Positions 48,241 through 62,640 of a stretch of 64,000 bases of DNA are shown here, in pieces. Every line of letters starts with the position of its first letter. The stretch's first letter is position 1. The notes below the pieces were generated by a model, which saw only the letters and a program-made list of their open reading frames with translations, had not been told where the DNA came from and made no database searches. The stretch is from positions 914,440-978,439 of the forward strand of contig NMRA01000067.1 of NCBI GenBank assembly GCA_002633005.1, read 5' to 3'. Made by a program: the position numbers and the translations under genes. This DNA is from Phoronis australis. Taxonomy: Eukaryota > Animalia > Phoronida.

Positions 48241-50639
48241 ATGAATTCCAGCTTACCAAAGAACTATCCATACGTTCCGTTACCTGTGCATGTTCACAGC
48301 GCCAGTCTCTAGTATTTCTTGATCAGTGTATTCCGGTTCGAACTGATAGCCTGTGAAACCTAACGATCCGACCCGTGAAGTCTTCGTCGGATGAGCTCTT
48401 GATTAAGTCGGGATTGGCGCCGGGCGAGTTGCCATGTAAACGTTTATCATTTTGTTTTCTGTTTCAAAATGAATTATTCTCATCCTAACCAATGCTTATA
48501 TGAAACTGAAACAAAGTCTGTCTCATTAGATACAATTTGTAATGCCTTGGAGTGCTCGTGAGTGCAAATGTTTTGAGCAGCCAGCAATGAATAAACCACT
48601 GCGTTACCCGGCCAGCTTTTGATGCCGGCAACAAAGGCAATTGACCGGGCACCGAGGCCAAGTGAGCGCATGTTAATTCAATGTTTGCTGACAGAAACAA
48701 TTACTCGATTTTATATGCTATGGTTACATGTTAATGTTAGGGGAATCTTTATTCAGAAATGCAAAATTAAAATACATTATTCAAATCAACAACCTTTGCC
48801 GTGACGATCTGTGGAAGGGGAACCCGACTTCGCGGCCCCCGACAAGTAAGTAGATTTTCAGTTTCGTGGCTAATTCACCAATTACGTGCACATTATTTCT
48901 TTGGCTCACTCTCATAGTCTTTTTGTGACAGGAGGCTTAGTTTCAAGCTGGTTTATGTTCGTGTCAATCCTGGCAGCCGTGACGGGCCTGATCGTGTTTC
49001 GAGCCACTGGCCGGGATAACGAGCGTTTTGTGTGTTTAGAACTAAAAAAATCACAAGTATAAACAACACAGGTCTAGATTCTCCTGTCTATATTTCACGG
49101 AAGAATACTTCGAATTTATCTCCGAACAGACCCCAAACTCCTGCTACTGACTTTGGTAAATTGGCCTGCCGAACTTTGTAGGCTACGGTGTGTCCAAATA
49201 CCAGTCAATCCGTAACAGCGAAATAAAACAACACAGAGCCAGTTGTCAATCAAGACACGGAAGTTCGAACCACGGCATAAATATGTCATAAAACATCACA
49301 AAACAGCGATGTTTCAATTCATTCTTAAACGACCACCTTACGCAACTTTGAAGTGGAAAACACATTTATTTTACATGCAAGATGTCAGATTATATCCTAT
49401 TACAATATCACCTACACTATCGCACTGCAGCACTGGTCGGTCCCGCTGTTTGCGCGCATCGTCCCGGCAGGCAAGCCTGACTTGGAAAGGCCGTCAAGAA
49501 CTATAACGGCTTCTTTCACTATGCGTCTCATTTTTTATGGCCAAAGATAGCGGTGGGATTCAGCACGCACATAGGGCCTACGTATGAGTAACCTGTCCAT
49601 CATGTTTTGGTGTCAAGGTAACATGCACTCAGAGTGGGAACTTACGCACGTGCACCACTGAAAGTCACACGTCAAAAGAGAACTGCGACAGTCATAAGTA
49701 AAAGAAACCGGCGTGACGCTGTACTTTTAAGCTGTTGTTAGGAAAGACCCAGTGCTTTACGATATTCCTCCCATTCCATTGGTCCCCCAAAACTGCGATG
49801 TCAAGTGTACTTCGATACTTTCCGGCTCCCTGTTGCCAAGGCCCGAGTGTGCCATGTCCGTAGCTAGCTGCGTGCACCTCCTACCAACTATCGCCAATTT
49901 TCAGTCAGTCTGCACCGTAGATATTTTAGGCTCGAATGGTAAGAATTTTGTTCAGGCTGAAACTGTCCAGTGAAGAAACAAAATTTTTCTGGATGGCTAA
50001 AAACGGAATATGGAAGCAATAGGCCTAATTCACAGTCAGGTTGACGCAAGAAATCGTAGTCAAGAACAGCCAGCGACGATGCAATAAGCGAAAAACAAAA
50101 TTTGACTAGAAGTTTTTTATTACTTCAAGATGATACACAAACATACATTAACATATTGCCAACCTTTGAATTCAGAAATCGAGAGGCAGCAAATCGGTAA
50201 CCCATTGAAGCACACTGTCCCTTTGGTCGCTACATATCCTTGATAACCTGGCAATAACATTAATCAAAACAGGGAGAATTTGACATCTTTCTGTTATGGG
50301 AATTAATTCTTCAAAATATGAGAGCTTTCCCATGTAAAGAGAATTTGCAGGGTTGGCAAAACCATTGTCACATTTCTGTGGCCTGATTATTTTGAATATA
50401 TGTTTATCTAGTGCACTGCAGACGGAAACTCAGCGTGGGAGACAGCGTCACTGAAACCGGAGGTATTGACGCCGGTGGGGTTCTTAAACTTTGCAAACAA
50501 TAAAATGACAAAAACGTTCAAGTATTATAATTTGAAGTAATAATTCGTTACTTAATTGTATTGTAATTCACATTGCCAAACCGGCGTCCGGAGGCCTGCA
50601 GCGTCGTTGCACTCGATCGTTGTGACCATCATCTGTATC

Positions 50640-50860
50640 TAAAAGTCGGGAATAGCACGTTTCCTAACACTGGGCGCTAAATCTTCAATCTTAAAAAGTC
50701 GGGGATGGGCGCTTAACCGAGAGGTGGGCGTTTAACTGGAAATCTTCAAAAATCGCAGAGGGGTGGTTAACCGAGCAGTGGGCGGTTAAATCGAAAATCC
50801 ACCAAAAGTAGGGGGTGGGCGGTTAACGGAGCATGGGCGTTAACCCAAACGTTTACAATA
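50640..50860 (+). repeat. Right end of a pogo-like non-autonomous element with tandem subterminal GGGCG(G/C)TTAAC repeats
   Basis: About 7 GGGCG(C/G/T)TTAAC-type motifs ending AAACGTTTACAA|TA. Left end not identified. Confidence 0.5.
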
Positions 50861-51693
50861 GTTTGGCTAGGTAAAAACATTTACTTCTAGACTGACCCTT
50901 ATTACCCTATGGTAGGCGACCACGCACGTTCAATACTGATGAATAACATAACACCTCCTCTGATAGTCTGCACGATCCTGTCATCTACGCAAACACCACG
51001 ATGATTATGTGAAGCACTTTGAATCCGAAGCAGATTCAAAATTAATATCAACTAGTGCAGTGAACACAGCAGGATGCCAAGAAAATGTTCAATCATTCTG
51101 GCGTTCAAGGCCAAATATTAGTATGATTTGCTAAAAAGAGTGTTGCTTGGAAACTTTAAAGAAGTGGCAAGAAGCTTTAGTATGTCTAAAAATTTTTAAA
51201 AAATTGCCGACTGATAGTTTGAATTAGGTTTATTACATAAGAATCACAAAGGGTATAGTAATGCACTGTCTATAGGTGATGGGGGGAGGCGCGGTGGGGT
51301 TTGAGTGGGGTGTAATTTCTAAAGGCAACTAATAAGTCGTGTTTATTTCAAATAAAATATTATTTAGCTTGCCAAATGTTGATTTTTGGTTGAGTTTTTG
51401 TAATTTTGGGTTAGGTTTTGTTATTTTGGGTTGAGTTTTCGTTTAGACATCAAATTTCACAATGACCTCATACCAAACAATAGACAAACATCAGAAGTGA
51501 CTTAATACAAACCGCAATTTTGAATTAATCAAAGAATAAATGTCCGGTCTTGTTCCCATCAACATTTCACAATCCTAACAATATAACATAATAATTCCAA
51601 CAAAATAACACAATAATCATCGAGTGAAATACAGAGTCCCCGGTAAATTGTGGTTTTGAAATACAAGCACTTTTGAGAAGGTCAATGTGCAAT

Positions 51694-53525
51694 CCCGGGT
51701 GAGAATTATACACGTTTGACACGCTTTTGAGCGTGTCAAACGTGTAATACGTGTCAAAATTGCCACGTTAACGTGTAAAACGTGTAAAAACATGACACGC
51801 TAGCGTGTCAAAAGTGTAAAATTTGCCACGTTAGCGTGTCACGAAACGTGTAAAATTTGCCACGTTAGCGTGTCAAACGTGTAAAATTTGCCACGTTAAC
51901 GTGTCAAACGTGTAAAATTTGACACGCTAGCGTGTCAAACGTGTAAAGTTTGCCACGTTAGCGTGTCAAACGTGTAAAGTTTGCCACGTTAGCGTGTCAA
52001 ACGTGTAAAGTTTGCCACGTTAGCGTGTCAAACGTGTAAAGTTTGACACGCTAGCATATCAGACGTGTAAAATGTGACACGCTACGGTGTCAAACGTGTA
52101 AAATTTTGACACGCTAGCGTGTCGAACGTGTAAAATATGATAGAACTCTTCAATAAAGATACAATTTAAATAGGCTTGGCAGTTCTGAAAAGGCCACTGG
52201 GAGGTAATCACCCAATTTGAATGATTAAACATGTTCCCTTAGTAACAACAGAGTTTGCAACAAAAGTTTTCACTGCCTATTCAAATATCCAAATACTGAG
52301 TTAGAGTTGGTTTAGCTGTCAGAGAGTGCAGTTGAGTCAGGAGAGCACTTATGAAGTATGGTTTTCGAGTGTGGTGCAGCTCTAACAGAAGTTTAGTAAC
52401 TATGTATATACTCTGGATGACAGTGGCTTGATAAACTTTTCTTGCAAATGGTCCTTCTTTTTACAGGTAAGTTTGATTGTAACAGAAAACAAGAGTCAGT
52501 AGAAACTGTTGACTACGCAGTTAATATATGAAGTTGGAACGCCTCTCATCTTCAGTAGTATATCAATTCATAATATTGTTGTTATTGGATCAACTCACAT
52601 TTTGTGTCAGCTTGAATGAGGATAAGACATTGTGTTTAGAGGTTTGGGCTGCAAAATCAACATGAACTCAATGTTATGACAAATGTTGAATCACTCTTGG
52701 TAATTCAAAGATGTTACAAAGTGCGTCTGTTCTTTACTTCATAAACTGTTTTCAAGCAACTGGCCTGACTCAAAAGCTTAGACTTATATGCATATATATA
52801 GCAGCTTAAGCACTTCAAATTTGTATGTTGAACCATTTTCTTATTTCTGTGTTAATGTTATTCTAGATGAAATGAAATTTAGTGACAACAGTATGTGGTA
52901 AGAGTTGGATAGTTACATTATCCTTTTAATGATTCTATATCATTATCACATTTTGGATTATTTACATCAACAGTAACAATAAACTGTGACTTAAAGAAGA
53001 AATCCCTTTATACATTTGCTTTCAGTATGGATTCCCATGGTGGATGGTGAGCTGCTATAAACAAGAACATTATGGCTTGTACACGGCCTCAGGCTAAATG
53101 TAGGGTCGCTACCATGGCAATGACACAGATTACAGGCTAGGTGTCAAAAGCGCCACGTTTGACACGCTAGGGTGTCAAAAGTGCCACGTTTTTGCCACGT
53201 TTTGGCAAGCCACATTCGACACGCTATCGCCACATTTGACACGCTAGCGTGTCAAAAGTGCCACGTTTTTGCCACGTTTTGGCACGCCACGTTCGACACG
53301 CTATCGCCACGTTTTACACGCTTATCGCCACGTTTGACACGCTAAGCGTGTCAAACGTGGAGTATTGGAACGAAAATTACACGTTTTTGCCACGTTCTTG
53401 ACACGTTTGACACGCTACATTTTACATGTTTGACACGCCACGTTTTACACGTTCGACACGTTTTTAGAGCGTTCCAATACTCCACGTTTTTAGAGCGTGT
53501 CAAACGTGTCAAATTCTCACCCGGG
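51694..53525. mobile_element. Non-autonomous EnSpm/CACTA (CMC)-like element with subterminal tandem arrays
   Basis: TIR CCCGGGTGAGAATT / AATTCTCACCCGGG with AT on both flanks. ~31-bp units AACGTGTAAAATTTGCCACGTTAGCGTGTCA at 51770-52135. GCCACGTTT/GACACGCTA units at 53140-53510. Confidence 0.85.
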
Positions 53526-55469
53526 ATCTCTTAGGTTACTTTGTATAAGTCAGAGAACCCATAATTTTACCTTCTTGTTTCATACAAAATGCGACAGGCA
53601 TCATAATAAAACATCAAAGAAACACAACCTTAATGCATTAACCAATTACGAGGGCAAGTTCTATTTGACTGTTACAATCTGATCCATTGTTTGATTTGAA
53701 ATTTATTATAATAAAATCTGTATTTTCCTTGGCGGTCCTACTGCCTTGATCCTGGCTGAAACTGACCCTTCTTGATAAGTAACTTAATTGGCCTGGTCAG
53801 AAGCAAAATTGAACTCAGTCAATTTTTCTATAGTACAACAACCATTTACAGAGTGATTAATTAATGGAAGGAGACTGATTTTATTGCAGTATTAAGTAAC
53901 CTAAATTATGGTGGTTTGTTGTAGATTCGTTTTATGTTTTGTAGACTAAATTGTACTTCCTGGTTAACTTAGTTTTTATGTCAACAAGAACATTTTTCTG
54001 GATTTTGAGTGCGTGGAGTAAGGATAAACATCTCCTGCATATGGGACATATGTGCATGCGATGCAGATGGTGGGCACATATCAACGACCGCTCCCGTTTC
54101 TCGTTATATGTGTTAATTAGGATCAACATAGCATACTTACCACTTATTACATCTATTTATTTGGGATATCTTATTCTTTTGTTTACATGTGGGGAAAGGA
54201 GTGACCTGGATGAGTACCATTGCCGCTCAGGGTGGTGTGGTATACTCATAACAGTGTTTCACCATTGATGGGATGAAGTATTCATTGTGTAACTGGATAA
54301 ACTAAGCTTAATTAATTACTGATAATTGGAAACCTGTAGGCTGCATTTCGTTAATTTATTACAAGGGCAGTTGGCAGGTGTTGGTTTCTTGCACAACCAT
54401 CAACTACCAAATTTTATGTATTCATTTTATTTGGCACATCCCAATTATCAGGCAAATATATTTGATTTATTTTTTTTGCGAAATAAGTGGAGAATTACCA
54501 TATTCAAATTGTACAATGTCTCGTCGGTTTTGTTCTTGAGATAATGGTTACATTACTAGCAGAGACGATCAGGGCCCTCATTAGCAACAATAGTCTCTAT
54601 AAACCCAATGTATTGGCATTATCCATGGGGGAGTTATTGACATGCCTACCTTTTGAGTTTAATGCTCGTTATTCAGAAGAGAAAATTAGTTCTCATTCAA
54701 ACATTTAATGTAGTACATTAAAATTATGAACACTGACTGAAAAAAATATAAAAACATCAAGTAAATTCAGAAGTTTTCAACAAAAGTAAATGTATGCGAT
54801 CGGTACATGGCACAGTCAAAACCACGAAAGTCAAAAACGTCTGAAAACACACATTATATCGAATAGATAAAAATTGAAATTCAGTGCTTTTATTCAAAAT
54901 GATCCTGATGAATCTGTTGAAGAGGGAAGTTGTATGCCCTTCTGTGCTACATCATCACCAGTAATTGCTGATCTTATGCCTGTAGAGCTTTACAATTAGT
55001 TGCAATGCAGGTATAAAATTTAAAAAGTTGAGTGTTGTCCATTAAGTGTCCACTTATTAAAGACAGCAATGTGTTAGCAACCCATGGTACCTACACTAAA
55101 CGGTTAATGGACTGCTAAACACAGTGTCAGACGCAAAAACACGACTCCCGCATGTGCCGGCAAACACTGTTCACTGACTCACATACATGGGTTCGGACTA
55201 AAAAACATGATTCGTTTACCCAAAATACAGTCACGGACTCACATTCATGTAGAAACACGGCACACGGACCGTCAATCACGGTTCATGGATGAAATATGGA
55301 AATCAGCTTCGACAGCAGTGTAATGGGTGCGAGATTAAATATAATTTTGATCCTATGTGTGTATGTAATGTGATATAATTGTTGTGAATTGGACACTATA
55401 AACATTATAACTGTTTATTTGTTCTACAATTTACTGGTGTCCAAAATCTTTTTGTAACGTCAATTTTCA

Positions 55470-56970
55470 ATTCTGATACATGCTATGAACATTCCCACTA
55501 AATAAAATTGGTTCTAACCCCGGTGTTTAAGGTAAACGGCGGGGTATGGAAAATTGAAGTAGACCGTATTTATCCACCTTGGCTGAGACGCGCTCGGCTC
55601 ATGGTCAAAGGGATGCCGCCAAGCTGCTCTATTCATCGAGTCACGAGCGAGGATAATTGACTTCGCTCATGCGGATATGATCAGCTGATTACAGTCTAGC
55701 CTAACCACTGTACTTTTTATGGAGAGAATTTTACGTAGTTTTTACTGTAATATTTGAAAAGAGGAGCGTAAACAAATACGAATACAACTTTGAATTTTTC
55801 AAATCGGCCCAGGATAAGAGATTTTGCAACACAGAAACACTCACGATTACTTTCATTCGGCGCGCACGAATACAAAAATATAGGACCCAAGTTAGGATTG
55901 TATAAATGTAGAACTACTCCGTGTGTTATTTAGGTTTTGGAAAAAATGCATTTTAATACTCAAAATACGTTTTGTATAGCTATTACAAGCTCTAAAACGA
56001 CTTTGTGTAATTTCATTGAGATCGTTCTTTGTCATCCGTCAAACCGGAAACTTCCGAGATGTGACTCTGCGAGCGCACTCACCTTGCACGTTACAGCCGT
56101 TTAAGTGAAAAACAATCTAGTAAACGCCATTTTCTTGCATAATCCTCCGCCTTTTGTAACAAAAAAGTCTATCGTCGATGACCCGCACACGCACGCTCAC
56201 TCACTCTCATACGCAGACGACCTTCAAAACAAACGTCACGTGACAACAACATGTGTGTTCATCCAGAGATTTTTCTCGTGTTGTGGAGTACGATGTAGCG
56301 CACATTTGGACTTAATCGCAATTAATCTGGACTCCACAGGAACTTTAAAAATTGTAAAACATCAGGAAGATTTCAGGTAATTTGTTGAGTCGAAACTATA
56401 TTTTTATTCAAGAGTACAAGTTTTCCTATTGACGATCGCGATTCAGCGACGCATCAGTCGGCAAGTTTTCGCCCTGTGATGAGCACAATTTTTTGAAAAA
56501 TTATCGTAATTTAACAACGGAAGTTGATAGCAATGCACCACAATTTTGTAGAAAGGCTGTCATAGGCTACAAATACGTCACAGAGCGTAAATTTGATGAA
56601 TCCTAGCTTCCGATTTTACCCGTTTGGGAAACCGGGTTTCAACTGCCGTAGGCTCACTACAATAAGCGTCCCCTCCCCGTGAAATGAATTTTTCTAAGCG
56701 TTTGTTTGAGCCAATACAGTATACAGCTTTCCACCAAGGCTAGGTGATGCAAGACATTATTACTTGTTCTTTGTTGCATTATAGTAACTGGTCTTGGCTA
56801 ATTATCATTTTATGGCCTGGTCATCCATTCAGCCCAAAGTAGTTCCAGAGGTGGCTTATCAGCCAATTATTCACTCATGCTGACTCACAATAGAAGCCTG
56901 ATAAGAGTGAAGGTGGATAAATGCGGTGTTCCTACAGTTTCTTGTTTTAGTGGATGTGTTCACGACATGT
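55470..56970 (-). repeat. Right arm of the inverted duplication (partner 40131-41830)
   Basis: Reverse complement of the left arm. Lacks ~300 bp corresponding to ~40963-41265. Confidence 0.85.
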
Positions 56971-57376
56971 AGTGAGAGTAGCGACTTCGGTTATCTTCTG
57001 CATTCTTCTCAAAATGACATGGACCGTTCCAACTCCCTAAAAACCTTTGGTTTCAATTTCATTCATGCATAGCAATAATTACTATTTCGCGCTAATTACC
57101 TGGAAAGCCAATGCTTTATCGGAGTGAACCATGTTTGGCGGTCTATGTGTCATGTTTGTGAGTCTGTGACCGTATATTTTGGGTGAATGAATAGTCTTGG
57201 TGTTGTCCGATTGCACGTATGCAAGTCAGCGAATAGTGTTTGCAGGTACATGAATTGTTTTTGTGTGCGACATTGTGTTTAGCAGTGTAGTAGCTACCTT
57301 GCTATTAGATGATCATTGCGGTTGTCTACCCCCACAAAAGAGGAAAGTTGATTTCAGGATGTGAACTTGCTTACAA

Positions 57377-57800
57377 CCCTGATGAAAAGTAGTTCATGAA
57401 CTTTGAAATGTTCAAGAAGATTCATGAACAGGGTCGTGATCATTCATGAACAGTTCATGATCAGAGTTCATGAATTGTTCATGAACATAAAGTTCATAAA
57501 AAAGTTCATGAAGTCTATGAATGTTCATGAACTATTCACACTGATTCATGAAATCATGATCACAGTTCATGAACATGCGAGAATTATTCATGAATTCTGT
57601 GGACAGTTCATGAACTGTTTTTAAGATCATTTACTTTTGATTCCATGAATTCATGAACCATTCCACTTTTTGATGAACTTCCTGACGGTTCATGAACCGC
57701 CTTGAGTATTTCATGAACTGTTTATAGTTCATGAATTTCTCAAACCCAGATGACCAATCAGTTCAAGACCTTTAATGCAGGTAATTCATGAACTTAGCGT
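57377..57800 (+). repeat. Cluster of TTCATGAA palindromes; probable end of an EnSpm/CACTA-like element
   Basis: Begins CCCTGATGAAAA, followed by more than 15 (T)TCATGA(A) motifs. The matching opposite end was not found. Confidence 0.6.
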
Positions 57801-59299
57801 TCACCCGACAGATTTCTTTCTTGGTGCACTTATGAAGTTCCCTTCAGGGTCATGATTATTGAAGAACGTAGACTAAAATTCATCAACTTAACAAAAAGAA
57901 AATGTCACTAGTAACTGCAGTACTCAATGTGATTGAATAATAATGAACATGTTATGAAGAGGTATCATTGACATATTTTCAATATCTTAACGACTTTAAT
58001 TGTGTTATTTACAACTTATAACCATTCATTCAGCAAGATAAGAGTACACAATCACCATTCAAAAATTGTCCAATCAAATATATATGCATAGGCAGAAAGT
58101 AGTTTTTACATGGTCTGGTCTTAAATTTCATGGCTTTCTCAGTTCACAGCCAACCTAATAGAAGGACTTCAGTAAACAGAAATTGCAGTTCAAACACCTT
58201 GGAAATAAAACATTATAATACACACACCATCACATCAGTTATCTGATAGTATATCGCTCAGGGTAGATTTCAGTACCTGTCTCGCAACTAGAAAAATCAC
58301 CAAAATCACGGATTCTTATTTAAAATACACGGCTTGAATATCTTGCATAATCTCGCTCTTGCATTTAGCCAGGTCCCGGCATTACTGAACTCTACCCAAA
58401 TTTTGAGTGATGCAAAAATATGATTCATACTGATTTCAGATTTAGTTGTCAAACAATAGAACCAAATTTTTAATTCATAGGTTGGAAACTCAGTAACATG
58501 CAAATTTACTCACAGGTGTCGCAAAGTTCACTACATCAAGAGCAAGTATTTAGAATTCTTCTTTTTTACTGAACATGCCTATGAATAGCATTAGCCTAAC
58601 AAAAGTTACTGGGGATATGTTCAAGAAGTTTTATGAAACATGATTCCACCCAACTATTTCTGAAAAATAAGTGAATCCCATTTGCTTGAATATACAAATT
58701 CTCTGAGAATAAACACAAAACTTGTAGTTACTGAGATTTTTATACATTATGTCTTGACCATGGCGTTTTAATTCAGATGGAAAAAATATGGCAGATTATC
58801 AGTAGTCCAGACAGCTTTAAGATGAGCAACAAAATTAACAAACTGTTGGCTTGGTTAAAGTTATTGATTTGCAAAAGGTGACCGAAGAAAGTGTTCCTAA
58901 AGACAAACTGGAGAAGAAATGCACGCATTGAATAAATTTACTTCTCGTCAATAACTTCACTTAGTGATGGCTACATAGAAAAGAAAAGTAAATAAATGAC
59001 AAAGGTATGTCAAGGTGTGGCATGGGATTGTGTGGACGGTAGAGAAAAGGTAAAAACTCAATTAAGGCTTGGAAAATTATTAATTTCTTTCCAATGGAGA
59101 GAATTTCTAGCTGGTAGCCCAATTTGCAACACATGTTGTTCAAAGAAAGACAATTTTCTGATAATTATCAAATTGAGTTTCAATTTGTTTTTGCATCCTC
59201 TCTCATCTTTGCCACATGATGATTGACATTAGTTCACACATGCAAAAACATTAACAATCCTACCACTTTCAAGGATTGGCAATCAATAATACCTGAAGT

Positions 59300-61032
59300 G
59301 AAGTAGAATTGAATATAAACATGGCAGTATTTTCGTGATCCAAAATCACATTGGTAAACTAATATAGGCATCATGATACTACAAGCACATTGATCCAGTC
59401 GAACCAGTGCCAAACAGCACTGAAAACACTTCCAATACTAGGGATTATCTTCATGTCAAATGACGTAACTCTGTTTCAGTTAGCCAGCTTCTAAAGTTTG
59501 TGAAGGAGTTCCACAACAGACCTAGAGACCTTGCTTTTCTGGGAAAACAGAGGGAATTCGCAAGATCTGATTTATTTCACGGAATTGGAGATTTCATAGT
59601 AAAATGTCCATACTTCAGTAGCAGATACTACAATTCTAGAATCTGGTTTTTAATCATCAAAAAATAAGAATATTATCCATCAAATTTTACATGATGTGGC
59701 CACAAATCGAGCGTGGATTGATTTGTGACAGACATGCTCTTCATTCCTTCTGAAGGTGGCACTGTAGGTATGCAGCAAGTCATCCGTGAAACGGCGCTGC
59801 ATTATAGTTCATCAGAAATATTAAGGTAATTTCCAGATAATTACTGTTATTTATCACTTGAAACTAGTAAAACACAACTGCATAATAAGCAGAATTCTAT
59901 GTTTGCTTCAATGTATTTCTGTTTTTAACTCTTTCACCTCCAAGTAACTGTCGGCCATTGTGTCCCTGAACCCCAAGTAACTTAGTACACATGGGCTGAA
60001 CTGAGGTGCTTGTTTTCAAAATTCCATAAACAGTCCATTTATCATTGAATTTCAAAGTGTAATACACCAAAATGTAGAGAACAGAATGAACTTTATCTAC
60101 AAATTCACCAAAATTAAAAAATCCCACTCTCTCATGTGATGCAGGTAAGTAACACCTGAAATGCCGGTGTTTGTTTGCCAATTTGCCAATTCAATGTATC
60201 GTTTAAAGAATAAAAATGATTTATGAGTAACAGTGTCGTGAATATTCTTCAGTAAAATTTCTTAAGATACGTTTTTAATCACATTTCACATCTTCTATTT
60301 ACATTTGAAGTCCATAAAGTGACTTAAATTAGGCGATCGTTAAGTTCAACGATTCAAATTTGTCCACTTCCGGTTGTGACTCGCGCTTCCTTTGGGCGTT
60401 CAAATTAATTACCCTGACAATTTCACCGAATATTTCATCAATATAGAAATTTTTAAAGTACTCAACTTGCTTATCGTAACCATCGTAAACTCTAGAAGAC
60501 TCCACATGTTCAGAAAATTTGCGAAGATGTCGAAGTTCAACGGCGTTTGTTTGACCCAATTGCGAAATTCGCGACCTGCAAAGTTTTCCTCCGGTTCAAA
60601 GCCATGTAATTCAACTTCTTTGTCGTAATAGTCAACAAAATCTGGCCAGATTTATAAGAATTCCTTTTTGGGTTATCTTGTATATTAATTAAGTAAAAAG
60701 TATACAAATTATTGCCAATTTCGTCATTTGAAAAGTCTACGTCTGAATCGCCGTCGGCCGACATTTTGTTTTCGCGAGTCATCGATCTAAATTCTTGGAA
60801 AACCCCTTCAATAACTCACGTTACCTCTCAGCAACGAATCAGAAAAGCTGTTAGAAATGAAGGTAAGGCTATATTTAAATTTGTGACGTACACAAAAGAA
60901 TTCCCCTAATCAACCAATCAAATATTCTGTTGCTTGGAAGTTCGGCATATCGTGAGACCGATAAAGCGGTCCACGGTGTTGAATGGAGGTAAGTTTCAGA
61001 GACCGCTTAAGCGGTCTGCGGTGTTGAAAGGG
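59300..61032 (-). mobile_element. Decayed piggyBac transposon (5' end plus transposase remnants)
   Basis: Terminus ...GTTGAAAGGG|TTAA (61033-36) with a duplicated 30-bp subterminal motif GAGACCG.T.AAGCGGTC..CGGTGTTGAA. Minus-strand acidic N-terminus MSADGDSDVDFS and EYFKNFYIDEIFGEIVRVINLNAQ...FKSLYGL resemble piggyBac transposases. The left boundary is approximate. Confidence 0.75.
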
Positions 61033-61585
61033 TTAAACAGAAAACCGGGGTCTCTGGAGACTGTATGGCGTAAGCACACATTTGTTGCAATGGATTGTCT
61101 AAATCTGGTTTTTACCTGCTAAAGGATGTGGATTGTCCTTATTTTAGGTAAACGTTACCCCTGATTTCTGGTTTCACATTGAAATTAATCTCACATCCAT
61201 TAATTAAAATGGGAAATAGGTTCTTCAGCTCAGACAACAATAGAAACGATGTCTTCAAGGGAGGCTGCTAAGAAGAAAGATCTCAACCCTAATGGGATCA
61301 GATCATTCTTTTCTTTTTGAGGATAACAGGCAATTAAAAATACTTCATCAATGCATCAATTTTTGAAAAAAATAGAGACAAGAAGCTCATGTTATCATGT
61401 CGTAAGTCCATTTGCAGCTAAGATAGTCGTGCACACAGTATTACAACTACAACAGAATGTTTTTTAGAAGAGCAAAAATGTCAATTGGATAATTATTCAT
61501 ATTCAAATATAATGACCACCTTCACGATCCACATTGAAAATTCAAATAAATGTTGTGACTGCCTTAGCTAAGATCATACGTACTA

Positions 61586-62640
61586 ATATGTGGTCCTAGT
61601 CAACATTTGATAAAACAAGTCAGTGGAACCATTGCGCTACTTTATTTTAAGTGCTTAATAATTTTTGAGTGAAAATTAAATAATTTTAAATGTAAATAAA
61701 AGGCTTCAGATTGAAAATACACTCTATCAAATTCAAACTCCACAGCTTGCTGAACACAAGAAATAGTGACTATAATTAGACACATACAGCATTCTAACAC
61801 AAAACAGCATTGCTAACAAAACAAAACAAAAATATCATCACTTGAAGAAAGTAGTCTCACAGCATGCACATAAGTCCAGGGATATTAGCTTCCACCAAGC
61901 TAAAAGTCATCAAAACAAAAAGTCATTACATAGCAGCTAGAAACGATTAAAAATGTGACATTCGCAAAATCCTGGGTGCCTCAAGTAAGCATTACAAAAT
62001 AATTTTTCAAAAGCCACTGATAATATCTTTCTTGGTTTTTCATATTCAAACTTATTCCAACTCAATTTTCTCTACATCAATGCCTAGTAATCTCAATTTC
62101 ACTAACTCATTGACTCATCTTTACAATTTGGATATATTCTGCTAAAACCACTTTTTAATGACTGAAATATTTTAATTCAAACACTTCATTTTTCACTTTC
62201 AATGCTAACCTGAACAAAAGTCTTAAGGTAAAAGGTTTGCATGCATGAGTAGTTTAACTCCTTCTTTGAGTAGTCATAGTTCTAAATCATATGTATTATC
62301 ACAAACACATTTCATAAACATCTCCTACTAATTAGTTATATCACCAGTGCAGAAAGAGGGCAGAACACAGCCCCAAGCAAAACTTTTTCGGGAAAACAAC
62401 GAACAATAAAATCTGTTATTATAAAGCAATAAATTCAGCACAAACCATTCCCGATGCTATAGGAGCAACTATCATCTTCAGACCATCCATCCTGCTCCAG
62501 GTCCAGCACCACTCACTCTGCCAACATGTGCATGATTGCAGGTCAGATGGCAGCGCCACCAGTTGTACGGTGGACAAACACAGCAGTATATTGATTGTTA
62601 GTCATTGTTTAATTGTTTCATGTTGACTAGGACCACATAT
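61586..62640. repeat. Perfect 21-bp inverted repeat pair ~1 kb apart; probable old MITE
   Basis: ATATGTGGTCCTAGTCAACAT (61586-61606) and ATGTTGACTAGGACCACATAT (62620-62640). Confidence 0.55.

Noticed and set aside
51770-52135. Regular ~31-bp repeats resembling a CRISPR array
   Set aside because: Head-to-tail units with no unique spacers, no cas genes, a eukaryotic context, and a position inside TIRs.
57403-57624. Repetitive 'VHELFMN' peptide ORF
   Set aside because: Translation artefact of the TTCATGAA palindrome cluster.
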